From: Chlamydiota bacterium
GTDB taxonomy: Bacteria; Chlamydiota; Chlamydiia; Chlamydiales; JACKPQ01
Length of the DNA: 64,000 nt
NCBI GenBank assembly: GCA_021772435.1
Contig: JAJFLZ010000025.1
Location: 55,502 to 119,501 of the forward strand
Reading direction: 5' to 3'
How positions within the stretch are numbered: position 1 is the stretch's first letter; every line of letters starts with the position of its first letter. Under the pieces are notes generated by a model. The model ran no database searches and was not told where the DNA came from. It saw nothing but the letters and a program-made list of their open reading frames with translations. The position numbers and the translations under genes are program-made. This document shows positions 54,058 to 62,753 of this stretch, piece by piece.

Positions 54058-55195
54058 AATCATCTCAATTGGTGATGAGCTCCTCAATGGGTCGACGCTC
54101 AATACAAATGCTAAATATTTGGCTTCCCAAATTTTTGATATGGGTTATCACGTAGCTCACATGACAACGCTTCCCGATGATGATGACATTTTATTTGCTG
54201 GTATTGAAAAAGCGCTTTCTAGATCAAAAATTGTGATCACAACGGGAGGTTTAGGTCCAACGCTCGATGACAAAACAGAAGAAATTGTGACGAAACTCCT
54301 TCCCGATGGTCTAAAAAAGCTCGATAATACGATCGGATCAGCTAGTGGGTTGCTCTTTGAGGATCAAGGGCTCATTGTTTTGCCTGGTGTGCCGCGTGAG
54401 ATGGAGGCTATGTGGCAAAGTGTTCAGCCATACGTTAAAGAGCGTTTGGCAAGTGAAATACTTACGTATCACAAAAAAATCACGCTGTGCCATTTGCCAG
54501 AGCTCTCTGTTGATCCCACTTTACGCGAGCTGAAAAAAACGCTTCCCGCAATCGATTTTGGAATCTATCCCTCTTACGGCACACTTATTGTACGCATGAG
54601 CGCTTTAAAACCCGATGTGCTGGAAAAGGCGACAGATGTGATCACTGCAAAATTTTCCACCCAGGTCATGGCTCTTTGTGCCTGCAAAGCAGAAGAGGCC
54701 TTGCACACGCTTTTGATTGAAGAGAAAAAAACGCTTAGCTTTGCTGAAAGCTGCACGGGAGGAAGTTTAGCATCTCGCATCACAGCTCTGGCTGATGCAT
54801 CCACTTACTTTTTAGGAAGTGTTGTTTCCTACTCTAATTCAGCTAAAGAGCAAATTTTAGGTGTGAGCAAACAAACGCTAGAAACTCATGGGGCTGTCAG
54901 CGAAGAGATAGCGCGTGAAATGTTAGAGGGCGTGTTTGAAAAATTTGGCTCTGATTATGCCATTAGCGTAACCGGAATTGCAGGCCCCTCTGGTGGAACA
55001 AAAGAAAAACCTGTCGGGACTGTATGGGTAGCACTTGGTAAAAAAGGAGAAAAACCGCATATTGGCCTTGTGCCCAAAACAAAATCAGCGCACAAAAGAG
55101 AAACTATTATCGAAATCACAGCGACATTTGTCTTATCTAGTCTTTGGCGTTTAATCAAATATGGAATACCTCCATTTGAGGAGGACCATGACTAA
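54050..55195 (+). CDS. cinA: CinA-family protein (MoCF-binding domain plus nicotinamide-nucleotide amidase PncC domain)
   Basis: 381 aa with IISIGDELLNGSTLNTNAKYL, ITTGGLGPTLDD and a C-terminal domain carrying ESCTGG...VTGIAGPSGG. Confidence 0.88.
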   Translation: MIEIISIGDELLNGSTLNTNAKYLASQIFDMGYHVAHMTTLPDDDDILFAGIEKALSRSKIVITTGGLGPTLDDKTEEIVTKLLPDGLKKLDNTIGSASGLLFEDQGLIVLPGVPREMEAMWQSVQPYVKERLASEILTYHKKITLCHLPELSVDPTLRELKKTLPAIDFGIYPSYGTLIVRMSALKPDVLEKATDVITAKFSTQVMALCACKAEEALHTLLIEEKKTLSFAESCTGGSLASRITALADASTYFLGSVVSYSNSAKEQILGVSKQTLETHGAVSEEIAREMLEGVFEKFGSDYAISVTGIAGPSGGTKEKPVGTVWVALGKKGEKPHIGLVPKTKSAHKRETIIEITATFVLSSLWRLIKYGIPPFEEDHD

Positions 55196-55979
55196 CTCCT
55201 ATCAGCTGATCGACAGCGGGGAGGGGGAGAAGCTTGAGCAGTTTGGAAAACATCTCATTGCAAGGCCTTGCGCGCAGGCGCTCTGGCCCAAATCTCATCC
55301 AGAAAAATGGACGCCAGATAGCACATTTACGCGCGACCCCGATGGACATTGGGATAAAAAACTCACGTCACAATGGACAATCGAATTTTCAGGGCTAAAA
55401 TTTTTGGTCAAGCAAACTGACTTTGGTCACATGGGGCTTTTTCCCGAGCACGCGGGTCACTGGGATTGGATGCAAAAATGCATTCAGGGTAAAGATGCGC
55501 GCGTTCTTAACTTATTTGCCTACTCGGGAGCTGCAACGCTTGCCTTAGCAAAAGCTGGAGCAAAAGTCACACACCTCGACGCATCTAAGGGCATGGTCGA
55601 CTGGGCCAGGGAAAATGCTAAACTCAATCAGCTAGAAGATGCGCCGGTGCGCTGGATTGTCGATGATGCGATGAAATTTTTGCGCCGTGAGATCAAGCGA
55701 GAATCCTTCTACGAGGGTGTTATTTTAGACCCGCCCTCCTTTGGACGTGGCAAGCAAGGCCAGGTATTTAAAATCGAAGACGACCTGCCCGAGCTGCTCG
55801 CTTTATGCAAAGAAGTGCTCTCTGATACACCGCTCTTCACATTGCTATCTTGCCATACCCCAGGCATCACACCGCTTGTTTTGCGCCACATGCTAGGTGG
55901 TGGTGAATGCGGAGAAATGACAATACCCGGCCCGCTCGACTTGCCTTGCGGTAGCTTTGCTAGGAGATCCTATGCTTGA
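55188..55979 (+). CDS. Class I SAM-dependent (RlmI/RlmK-like) RNA methyltransferase
   Basis: The ATG at 55188 follows GAGGAGGA. LNLFAYSGAATLALAKAGAKVTHLDAS and ILDPPSFGRG are present. Confidence 0.8.
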   Translation: MTNSYQLIDSGEGEKLEQFGKHLIARPCAQALWPKSHPEKWTPDSTFTRDPDGHWDKKLTSQWTIEFSGLKFLVKQTDFGHMGLFPEHAGHWDWMQKCIQGKDARVLNLFAYSGAATLALAKAGAKVTHLDASKGMVDWARENAKLNQLEDAPVRWIVDDAMKFLRREIKRESFYEGVILDPPSFGRGKQGQVFKIEDDLPELLALCKEVLSDTPLFTLLSCHTPGITPLVLRHMLGGGECGEMTIPGPLDLPCGSFARRSYA

Positions 55980-56742
55980 AATTACAAGCGCGCAAAATCC
56001 GCGCCTAAAAGCAGCGCACAAACTTAAAGATCGCAGAGAGCGAGATAAAACCGGCCTATTTGTGATTGAAGGTTTTCGCGAAATCTCAAGGGCTAAATCC
56101 ATCGAGATTGAAACACTTTTCATCTGTCCAGAACTTTTCCTCGGCAGCAACGAGGGAGCGCTGATACAAAGCACCAACGTTGAAACGCTAAAACTATCGC
56201 CAGCCTTATTTAAAAAACTCTCCTTTCGCGATCGCCCCGACGGCCTCTTTGCTGTTGGAAAAAAGCCTGAGTCCCAGCTGCCAAAACTATCAAATAATCC
56301 CTTTTTAGTTATAGCCCAAGCCATTGAAAAGCCTGGTAACCTCGGATCCATTTTGCGCTCTTGCGATGCTGCAGGTGTCGATGGATGCATTGTTGCTGAT
56401 CGCTGCACAGATATCTACAATCCCAACGTAGTAAGAGCAAGCGTTGGTACACTATTCACTGTTCCTACAACTGAAATGCCATCCGATGAGCTCCTGCCGT
56501 GGCTGAAAAAAAACAATATCCAGATTGTTGCGACAACACCTGATACCGATTTAGAATTTACGCACGCTGATCTCACCGGTCCCGTGGCCATTGCTGTGGG
56601 CACGGAGCAGCTCGGGCTTTCCGATGCCTGGCTCTCTCAAGCCGACATCAAAGTGCGCATTCCCATGTTAGGGGAAGCTGACTCACTCAACGTGGCCGCC
56701 GCCACAACGCTGATGCTGTATGAAGTACTTCGTCAACGATAA
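55972..56742 (+). CDS. TrmH/SpoU-family RNA 2'-O-methyltransferase
   Basis: MLEITSAQNPRLK from the ATG at 55972, then IEKPGNLGSILRSCDAAG and IPMLGEADSLNVAAA. Confidence 0.85.
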   Translation: MLEITSAQNPRLKAAHKLKDRRERDKTGLFVIEGFREISRAKSIEIETLFICPELFLGSNEGALIQSTNVETLKLSPALFKKLSFRDRPDGLFAVGKKPESQLPKLSNNPFLVIAQAIEKPGNLGSILRSCDAAGVDGCIVADRCTDIYNPNVVRASVGTLFTVPTTEMPSDELLPWLKKNNIQIVATTPDTDLEFTHADLTGPVAIAVGTEQLGLSDAWLSQADIKVRIPMLGEADSLNVAAATTLMLYEVLRQR

Positions 56743-57457
56743 CCACCTCCTGATTGTCGAAAAGCCGGCCGGCATGCTCACCCAAGGTAACCACAAAGAA
56801 CCAGGCCTAGAAGAGCTTTTGCGAAAAGATTACAAATACCTTTACTGCGTGCACCGTCTCGACAAACCTGTCAGTGGCTTAGTCGTTTTTGCCAAATCCA
56901 GCAAAGCCCTCTCGCGTCTCAATGCCTCTCAGCGCGAGGGCAAATGGACCAAAAAATACCTCGCTCGTGTTGAAGGAAATCTCACTGGCTCTGGCACACT
57001 TAAGCACTACCTTATTCATGGCGATCACAAGGCAGAGATTGATCCATCCGGCAAGCTGTGTATTTTAGATTACGTTGTAAAAGATGGCTCACTGACGTTA
57101 CGCACAGAGGTGGGTTCAGATGCGCTGGCGAAGGTGCCAGGATACAAAAATGACGACGAGGCAAACTCCAAAGAGTTTGGTGAGGAGGAAGATGCCGTAG
57201 ATTGGTGCCTGCAGCAGGCAGATGAATTCAGATATGTGCGTAACGTCAGTGTTTTAGTTGAAATCACCTTGCACACCGGTCGCTACCACCAAATCCGCGC
57301 GCAATTTGGCGTAATTGGTCATCCCATTCTTGGCGATCAAAAATATGGAAGCAAAACATTGTCGGGCGCTATTGCCTTGCATCATAGCTATTTGTCGTTT
57401 CCGCATCCTGTCAAAGACGAGCAGGTAGAAGTAATTTGCCCTACTGATCGGTTTTAA
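56720..57457 (+). CDS. RluA-family pseudouridine synthase with an acidic insertion
   Basis: 245 aa with HRLDKPVSGLVVFAKS and HTGRYHQIRAQF. An insert of about 50 aa (KNDDEANSKEFGEEEDAVDW) lies between the motifs. Confidence 0.85.
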   Translation: MKYFVNDNHLLIVEKPAGMLTQGNHKEPGLEELLRKDYKYLYCVHRLDKPVSGLVVFAKSSKALSRLNASQREGKWTKKYLARVEGNLTGSGTLKHYLIHGDHKAEIDPSGKLCILDYVVKDGSLTLRTEVGSDALAKVPGYKNDDEANSKEFGEEEDAVDWCLQQADEFRYVRNVSVLVEITLHTGRYHQIRAQFGVIGHPILGDQKYGSKTLSGAIALHHSYLSFPHPVKDEQVEVICPTDRF

Positions 57458-57533
57458 TATATCAACCCGCATACAAATATATTTGTTTTAGCTTCGAGTC
57501 TTTTCTACTGCTCTGCCTAATTATCTAGCGCTT

Positions 57534-57585
57534 GTCACCTAATCTGCTCTGAATCTAAACAATCAAAACGAAAGAGTTCAGGTTA
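57534..57585. mobile_element. Solo right-end fragment of the MITE family
   Basis: GTCACCTAATCTGCTCTGAATCTAAACAATCAAAAC is identical to 11367-11402. It is followed by a diverged TIR, gaaAGAGTTCAGGT-TA. No left TIR is present nearby. Confidence 0.6.
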
Positions 57586-57692
57586 TTAGTCCAAGACAAA
57601 GAACCGAAGTGAAGGCGAGAAATTTGCACAAGAATCGGCGCTGCTAAAAACCGGCATTTTGAATTTACTTTGATATACACATGTTGTTTTAC

Positions 57693-58475
57693 TTAGCGCA
57701 AAGCTTCAGTAAGCAGTTTTCTTAGATTTGCGTATTGGTATTTATCTTGTATTTGCTGGCGTTCTGTTTTGTATTTTGCAATCATTGGGTCCGGATCAGA
57801 GAAAGATTTAAACATAGGCAGTGGCAAGTCAGAAAGCGAAATGTTCTTTTTAAACCTGGCATTGAGCAGATCTTTAATAGAGTTAGAAAACTTTGCATTA
57901 GAAGTGTCTATTTTAAATTTTTCAGAATTTTCGATGCCATAACCATAAAAAATGCCGCAAGCAAGATGGTGTTTAAAAATCTTTGTCCAAAAATAGGAAT
58001 CTGGTTCATCAATTGTATTGATGACATCGTCAATATTAAAATCTTCGCCTAAATGCTCAGCAATTTTAGAATAATATTCTTGCAGAGCTGCCCGCACCAA
58101 ATTTTTGTTAACTAAACATAAATCTTCAGAGGATTTTTCTCTGATAGTTACCAAAGAAAAATGGCTAGAGTTTATTGGGCGTCTTTTTTTCCAGTGCTTC
58201 CAAAGATCGGGTAGTTCTTTTTTGAAGTGATTAGATTTTGTAAATTGTAAGCCAAAGATAGGTGTTGGTTCAGCAGGCTTGGAATTGTTGACTTGTTTAT
58301 AGCTAAGCAAAACGCTTGTGATTGGTTTAGATCCAAGCAGAGTATAAATACCGGTCTCGCGAATCAGCAAATACTCTGCAAAAGCTCTTTCAGTTTGTTG
58401 TTTTTTGTATTGATAGGGCAGCCATGAGATGATAGCGAGCCCTACCAAAGAAAAAATGATCCACTTTTTTTTCAT
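57693..58475 (-). CDS. Hypothetical membrane-anchored protein (orphan)
   Basis: 260 aa with an N-terminal TM helix (WIIFSLVGLAIISWLPY). I recognise no family. Confidence 0.55.
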   Translation of the reverse strand: MKKKWIIFSLVGLAIISWLPYQYKKQQTERAFAEYLLIRETGIYTLLGSKPITSVLLSYKQVNNSKPAEPTPIFGLQFTKSNHFKKELPDLWKHWKKRRPINSSHFSLVTIREKSSEDLCLVNKNLVRAALQEYYSKIAEHLGEDFNIDDVINTIDEPDSYFWTKIFKHHLACGIFYGYGIENSEKFKIDTSNAKFSNSIKDLLNARFKKNISLSDLPLPMFKSFSDPDPMIAKYKTERQQIQDKYQYANLRKLLTEALR

Positions 58476-58484
58476 CGATCAACG

Positions 58485-58994
58485 CTAATCGGGGAATACG
58501 TCTGTGGCAGTAAATAAAGTACTATCACAGTCACGTCTTTCGCAAGTTCCAGGATTTGAATTATAAATGGTGCCACACTTATTGCAAATATAGATTACAC
58601 CCCAATATGAGTTCCAGGGTTGAAAGCTTATTTGTTTAAAGCGTGGGGTATTTTCGATTTGGCCATTTATGGATTGGCGAGTCCTGATCCTGTAGGGCTT
58701 GCCATACCAGTCGAGAGTGGCGGAGCGAATGAGATCTGCATAGACCTGAGATTTGTCTTGATCCCCTAACTTAGCGGACAATATCGACGCTTTATGTGCA
58801 CTATCTATGAATAAATCCTGCACGCACGTTGTTTGACAAAGCTTCTCTATGACTTTTTCATAAGAGCTGAGCGCATTGTCGTATTGCTGTTGTTCTAAAT
58901 AATTTTCGGCTTGTTGCCAATCAGAGTCTGCAAAACCAAGTGCAAAAATACTTGTTGCAGCGAAGCACATAATAAAAAACAAAGGTTTTTTCAT
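58485..58994 (-). CDS. Hypothetical secreted protein with a C-terminal CxxC...CxxxxC zinc-ribbon-like motif
   Basis: 169 aa with a signal peptide MKKPLFFIMCFAATSIFALG, a TPR-like helix pair, and CNKCGTIYNSNPGTCERRDC. Confidence 0.55.
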   Translation of the reverse strand: MKKPLFFIMCFAATSIFALGFADSDWQQAENYLEQQQYDNALSSYEKVIEKLCQTTCVQDLFIDSAHKASILSAKLGDQDKSQVYADLIRSATLDWYGKPYRIRTRQSINGQIENTPRFKQISFQPWNSYWGVIYICNKCGTIYNSNPGTCERRDCDSTLFTATDVFPD

Positions 58995-59135
58995 GGAGTC
59001 CTCAAGGAGGTTAAGTTAGTAAACGGCTTCAGAGTATTTTGACAAGCCATTTTTGTAAAACATTATCTCTAGTTCCCGGACAAAATCTATACTGAAACCG
59101 ATTGACAATTTGGGAGTATATCTAGTAAGAGCGAA

Positions 59136-59843
59136 TTAATCTGAAGAGTCTGCTGCAATCCAGTTGCAAACCTGGTTTTTTCGTTTTTTGCACAAAGCGT
59201 TATCTTCGGGAGCAAACCATATCTCCCAGGGAGCATTATCTTCGGGTGCATTGGCCTGGCGGGCGCGGATGGAAAAAATCATGATACCCTCAGGTGTGTT
59301 GAATGTGTAGGTTGCACCAACAAGATTATCTGGAAAAGGTTTGTTGACTTGGATGTCAATAAGGTTGCTGTGTTTTGCTAATTCTTGCAGATAAATTGAT
59401 TGCTGCTCGGGTGATCGTCTTTCTAGACCGCCTTTTGGATAGACAACTTGCAACTGTCCATTTGCAGTTAGAAACTTTCGTAAAATGAGGCTGCGATCCA
59501 AAACAGTTTTGAGCCTTGCTGGGTCGGTTTTAATTTGTTTATCAACTAGGCCTTCGGTGATTTCTAAATGGGGTTTGTTGCATAGAGGAGTTGTCGGCAT
59601 AGGAGTGTGGATGATGCCAAGTAGATCGTTGATTTTGTGGTTTTCTAGTGCTTGAGCTAAGAGGTGTTCGATTTGTCCTTGCAGGCCGACAAAAAGCGGG
59701 CGCCATTTGGCATCGTCGCCAAATTTTGCCACATAACCGTTTTGTTGCAGCTCATGAGTTAGCTCCGCGTATTTTGGATTGACATCATCAAGCAGCGACG
59801 CAAATCCACTGCAAATAAAAACTAGACTGAGCAAAATACGCAT
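59136..59843 (-). CDS. Hypothetical secreted protein (orphan)
   Basis: The likely start is MRILLSLVFICSGFASL at 59843, preceded by GGAGG. The track ORF extends to 59975, right up to the MITE. Confidence 0.55.
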   Translation of the reverse strand: MRILLSLVFICSGFASLLDDVNPKYAELTHELQQNGYVAKFGDDAKWRPLFVGLQGQIEHLLAQALENHKINDLLGIIHTPMPTTPLCNKPHLEITEGLVDKQIKTDPARLKTVLDRSLILRKFLTANGQLQVVYPKGGLERRSPEQQSIYLQELAKHSNLIDIQVNKPFPDNLVGATYTFNTPEGIMIFSIRARQANAPEDNAPWEIWFAPEDNALCKKRKNQVCNWIAADSSD

Positions 59844-59985
59844 ACGACCTCCACGCTCGGATCGCAATTTTACTAGTGTAATATTTTTTGTGCTAGTATT
59901 TTTTTTTGATATAGATAGTACGATTTGCATCTCACGCGTTTTGCTAACGCATCTTACGCGAGAATAGGGTGGCAAGTCGGGCTGT

Positions 59986-60153
59986 TAACCTGAACTCTGG
60001 GTTTTTATCACTTATCTTTAGGAGTCTCAAGTCCTATAATGAGATCATTGGAGCTCAAAAATAGGCATTTGGACTATGTTTTCACTCAAAATGACTCATT
60101 CTAAAACTCGATACTCTCTAAATATCAGCAATCTAAACCCAGAGTTCAGGTTA
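59986..60153. mobile_element. MITE-like element, copy 2 (168 bp including the TA flanks)
   Basis: TA-ACCTGAACTCTGGGTTT (59986-60004) and AAACCCAGAGTTCAGGT-TA (60135-60153) are perfect inverted repeats, identical to those of copy 1. The subterminal sequence is similar (TATCACTTATCTTTAGGAGTCT vs TATCATTCATCTTCAGGCATCT). Confidence 0.7.
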
Positions 60154-60179
60154 TTAAATATTTGAGTATTTGTGCAATA

Positions 60180-60281
60180 AGATTTCGCTCTAGATCTCTA
60201 GTTCCAGAGCGAAATCTACGAAAAAACATGAGATTTGGCTCTGGAATCCGCGTTGGAGAGCGAAATCTATTTTTTTGTTCA
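60180..60281. terminator. Tandem pair of 12-bp-stem hairpins (two units of about 51 bp), a bidirectional terminator-like structure downstream of asd
   Basis: Unit 1 is AGATTTCGCTCT-N14-AGAGCGAAATCT followed by an A-run. Unit 2 is AGATTTGGCTCT-N14-AGAGCGAAATCT followed by a T-run. Read on the minus strand, the first hairpin after asd is followed by TTTTTT. Confidence 0.55.
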
Positions 60282-60329
60282 TGGTTGTTTTTGAGATCTC
60301 GCAGGTGCATGTGGGAGTCTGCGTTGTGC

Positions 60330-61178
60330 TTATCGTACTGCATGAATTGCGCCTTCAGCGATTTGGACGGCGTTGAGTGCTGCTCCTTTGAGGAGTTGAT
60401 CGCCGACGATCCAGAGCTCATAGGCGTGTGGGTTGTCTAGATCTTGACGGATGTCGCAGAGGATGTCTTCGCGAGTAGAGGCATCGTGTGGCGTGGGTGC
60501 AGAGATAAGTTTTATGCCCGGGGCGTTTTGTAGAAGTGTTTCGGCATTTGGAATAGGTTTGTCAAACTCTACATGCACAGATAGGCAATGGGCTCGCATG
60601 ACGGGTACGCGTACGCAGCGGCAAGAAATAGGAAGGTTCGGTAGGTTTAGAATTTTTCGCGTTTCAAAGCGCATTTTTTCTTCTTCGCCGCCTGTGTGCA
60701 AATGAAGGGGATAGTTGAGTGGGTCGTTTTGGAGTTTTTGCATGAGGGGATAGCCGCCGCCGCTGGCTGCTTGATAGGTAGAGACGATGATGCGGTTTAT
60801 CGGTGTATGTTGATGCAGAGGGAAGAGCGCCATGAGCATAATGGATGTGGTGCAGTTTGGAGATGAGACGAGAGGGGCGTTTTCGATGAGGGGTCCGTTG
60901 ATTTCAGGGATGATGAGGGGCGCTGTTTGACGAAAAGCCGAACTTGAGTCGATAACACGACAGCCGGCACCAAGAGCTTTTGGAATGTAGCTTTTGGAAA
61001 CGGCGCTGCCCGCGGCGAAAAAAGCGAGATCAATCGATGCCCAATCGGCTGTATCGATGTTTTGATGTGAGGATTTTGCGAATAGAGATGTTTTTGACGA
61101 TGGAAATTTACGCTTTGTTAAAAGAGTTAAAATTTCACGTCCGACAAGTCCAGTGGCTCCGATGATGGCTATGTGCAT
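60330..61178 (-). CDS. asd: Aspartate-semialdehyde dehydrogenase (short form)
   Basis: MHIAIIGATGLVGRE from the ATG at 61178, with the active-site SPNCTT and STYQAASGGG. The track ORF carries a 57-codon upstream extension. Confidence 0.85.
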   Translation of the reverse strand: MHIAIIGATGLVGREILTLLTKRKFPSSKTSLFAKSSHQNIDTADWASIDLAFFAAGSAVSKSYIPKALGAGCRVIDSSSAFRQTAPLIIPEINGPLIENAPLVSSPNCTTSIMLMALFPLHQHTPINRIIVSTYQAASGGGYPLMQKLQNDPLNYPLHLHTGGEEEKMRFETRKILNLPNLPISCRCVRVPVMRAHCLSVHVEFDKPIPNAETLLQNAPGIKLISAPTPHDASTREDILCDIRQDLDNPHAYELWIVGDQLLKGAALNAVQIAEGAIHAVR

Positions 61179-61255
61179 GAACTTAGTATAAGCGTTTTTC
61201 ATGGAAAAACAAATCGATTTTTGTCTATGCTGGACAGAAATACGGAGTGTGGAAG

Positions 61256-61861
61256 ATGGAAACAATTCTTTTTGATGTGAAAAATGCGATGCAAGAATCG
61301 ATTGATGATGCTGTTTTGGCTGCGAAGAAATTACAAGAGAGCAGCGCAAAAGATTTTATCGAAGCTTTGAGCTTGATGATTGTAGGGTGTTATCAAAGTG
61401 AGAAAAAACTGATCATTGCAGGCAATGGGGGGAGTTTGTGCGATGCGATGCATTTTGCTGAGGAGCTGACCGGTTTTTTTCGCGGAAAAAGGCGCGCGCT
61501 TCCAGCCATTGCTCTATCTGACCCAGGACATATGAGCTGTGTTGGTAATGATGTCGGTTTTGATGAGGTGTTTTCACGAGGTGTTGAAGCTTATGGTGTA
61601 GAGGGCGATGTTTTTATTGCGCTAACCACAAGTGGTAACTCGACAAATTTGGTTAGTGCCATCGAAGCTGCTAAATCTAGAGGATTGAAAACAGTTGCTT
61701 TTTTGGGAAAGACAGGTGGTAGGATGAAGGGTGTGTGCGATTTGGAATGGATCGTAGATGGTTTTAAGTTTTCTGATCGCGTGCAAGAAGCTCATATGGC
61801 GGCGATTCATATTGTAATCGAGATGGTCGAGAGGCTTTTATTTGAAGATTGTAATAAGTAA
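61256..61861 (+). CDS. gmhA: SIS-domain phosphoheptose isomerase (GmhA/DiaA family)
   Basis: GNGGSLCDAMHFAEELTG and ALTTSGNSTN are present. The ATG at 61256 lies within the track ORF that starts at GTG 61247. Confidence 0.8.
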   Translation: METILFDVKNAMQESIDDAVLAAKKLQESSAKDFIEALSLMIVGCYQSEKKLIIAGNGGSLCDAMHFAEELTGFFRGKRRALPAIALSDPGHMSCVGNDVGFDEVFSRGVEAYGVEGDVFIALTTSGNSTNLVSAIEAAKSRGLKTVAFLGKTGGRMKGVCDLEWIVDGFKFSDRVQEAHMAAIHIVIEMVERLLFEDCNK

Positions 61862-62753
61862 GCTTCTTCAAGCTGGAGCATCAGTTAAAAATTATTGTTT
61901 TGCAAATGGGCTGATTAAGCCTCATTCAGTGGGTGTTCCTGTGATCAGTGTTGGGAATTTAGCAGCTGGTGGAAGGGGGAAGACATCTCTTGTGCAGTGG
62001 CTGGCTACACAATTTGATCAGCCAGCGGTTTTAACGCGCGGATATCGCAGCCAGCTGGAACATAAGACGCCAAAACTTATCGATGCTCATTGTGATCCAA
62101 AAGTTTGCGGTGATGAACCGGCCTTGATCGCTAGGATGCAGCAAGCTCCCCTGGTGTTTGTCGGGAAGAACCGGTGCGAGTCTGCAAAGATGGCTGCTTT
62201 AAAAGGGGCAAAAGTCATCATCTTAGATGATGGTATGCAATACCGTTATCTAAAGCGTGATGTTGAAATTGTCCTTGTTAATGAAAAAGATTTTACCGGT
62301 AAAGAGTTTTTAAGAGAGCGATTAAGCGAGTTAAAGCGCGCTGATTTAGTCGTAATTATGGGTGTAGATGACAGAAATGCCTTATCTGTGCTATTAAAGG
62401 ACATCGAGCGTTATACAGATGCTCCAGTTTGCGCTGTGCGCTACCGGTTGAATCCGATGCACGGAAAGAAGATCGCAGCTTTTTGCGCGCTTGGAAATCC
62501 GGAGCGATTTTTTGAAGACTTAAAATCTGCTGGAGCCGAAATTGTAGCCACGATGGTCAAAAGAGACCATCTGCCTTTTAAGGAGCGTGAACTTGCCGAG
62601 CTTGCAAGTCAGGCTGATTTACTGGTTTGTACAGCAAAAGATTGGGTCAAACTGAAAAATATTGATTTGCCAATCGAATGCGTACATGCAGAGCTGGAAT
62701 GGGTGTTTGGTAAAGAACACATACAAAGGATTGTAGATGAAACTATGGATTAA
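61842..62753 (+). CDS. lpxK: Tetraacyldisaccharide 4'-kinase
   Basis: 303 aa with P-loop VGNLAAGGRGKTSLVQWLA and ILDDGMQ. Confidence 0.88.
   Translation: MKIVISKLLQAGASVKNYCFANGLIKPHSVGVPVISVGNLAAGGRGKTSLVQWLATQFDQPAVLTRGYRSQLEHKTPKLIDAHCDPKVCGDEPALIARMQQAPLVFVGKNRCESAKMAALKGAKVIILDDGMQYRYLKRDVEIVLVNEKDFTGKEFLRERLSELKRADLVVIMGVDDRNALSVLLKDIERYTDAPVCAVRYRLNPMHGKKIAAFCALGNPERFFEDLKSAGAEIVATMVKRDHLPFKERELAELASQADLLVCTAKDWVKLKNIDLPIECVHAELEWVFGKEHIQRIVDETMD

Noticed and set aside
60180-60281. Possible CRISPR array, suggested by repeated palindromic units next to a mobile element
   Set aside because: There are only two units. The conserved parts are the stems of hairpins, with 14-nt loops, rather than direct repeats separated by 30-40-nt spacers. 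No cas genes are present in the window.
61179-61349. 57-codon N-terminal extension of asd in the track ORF
   Set aside because: The canonical Rossmann start MHIAIIGATG begins at the internal ATG 61178. The extension overlaps the divergent gmhA start region and has no family similarity.
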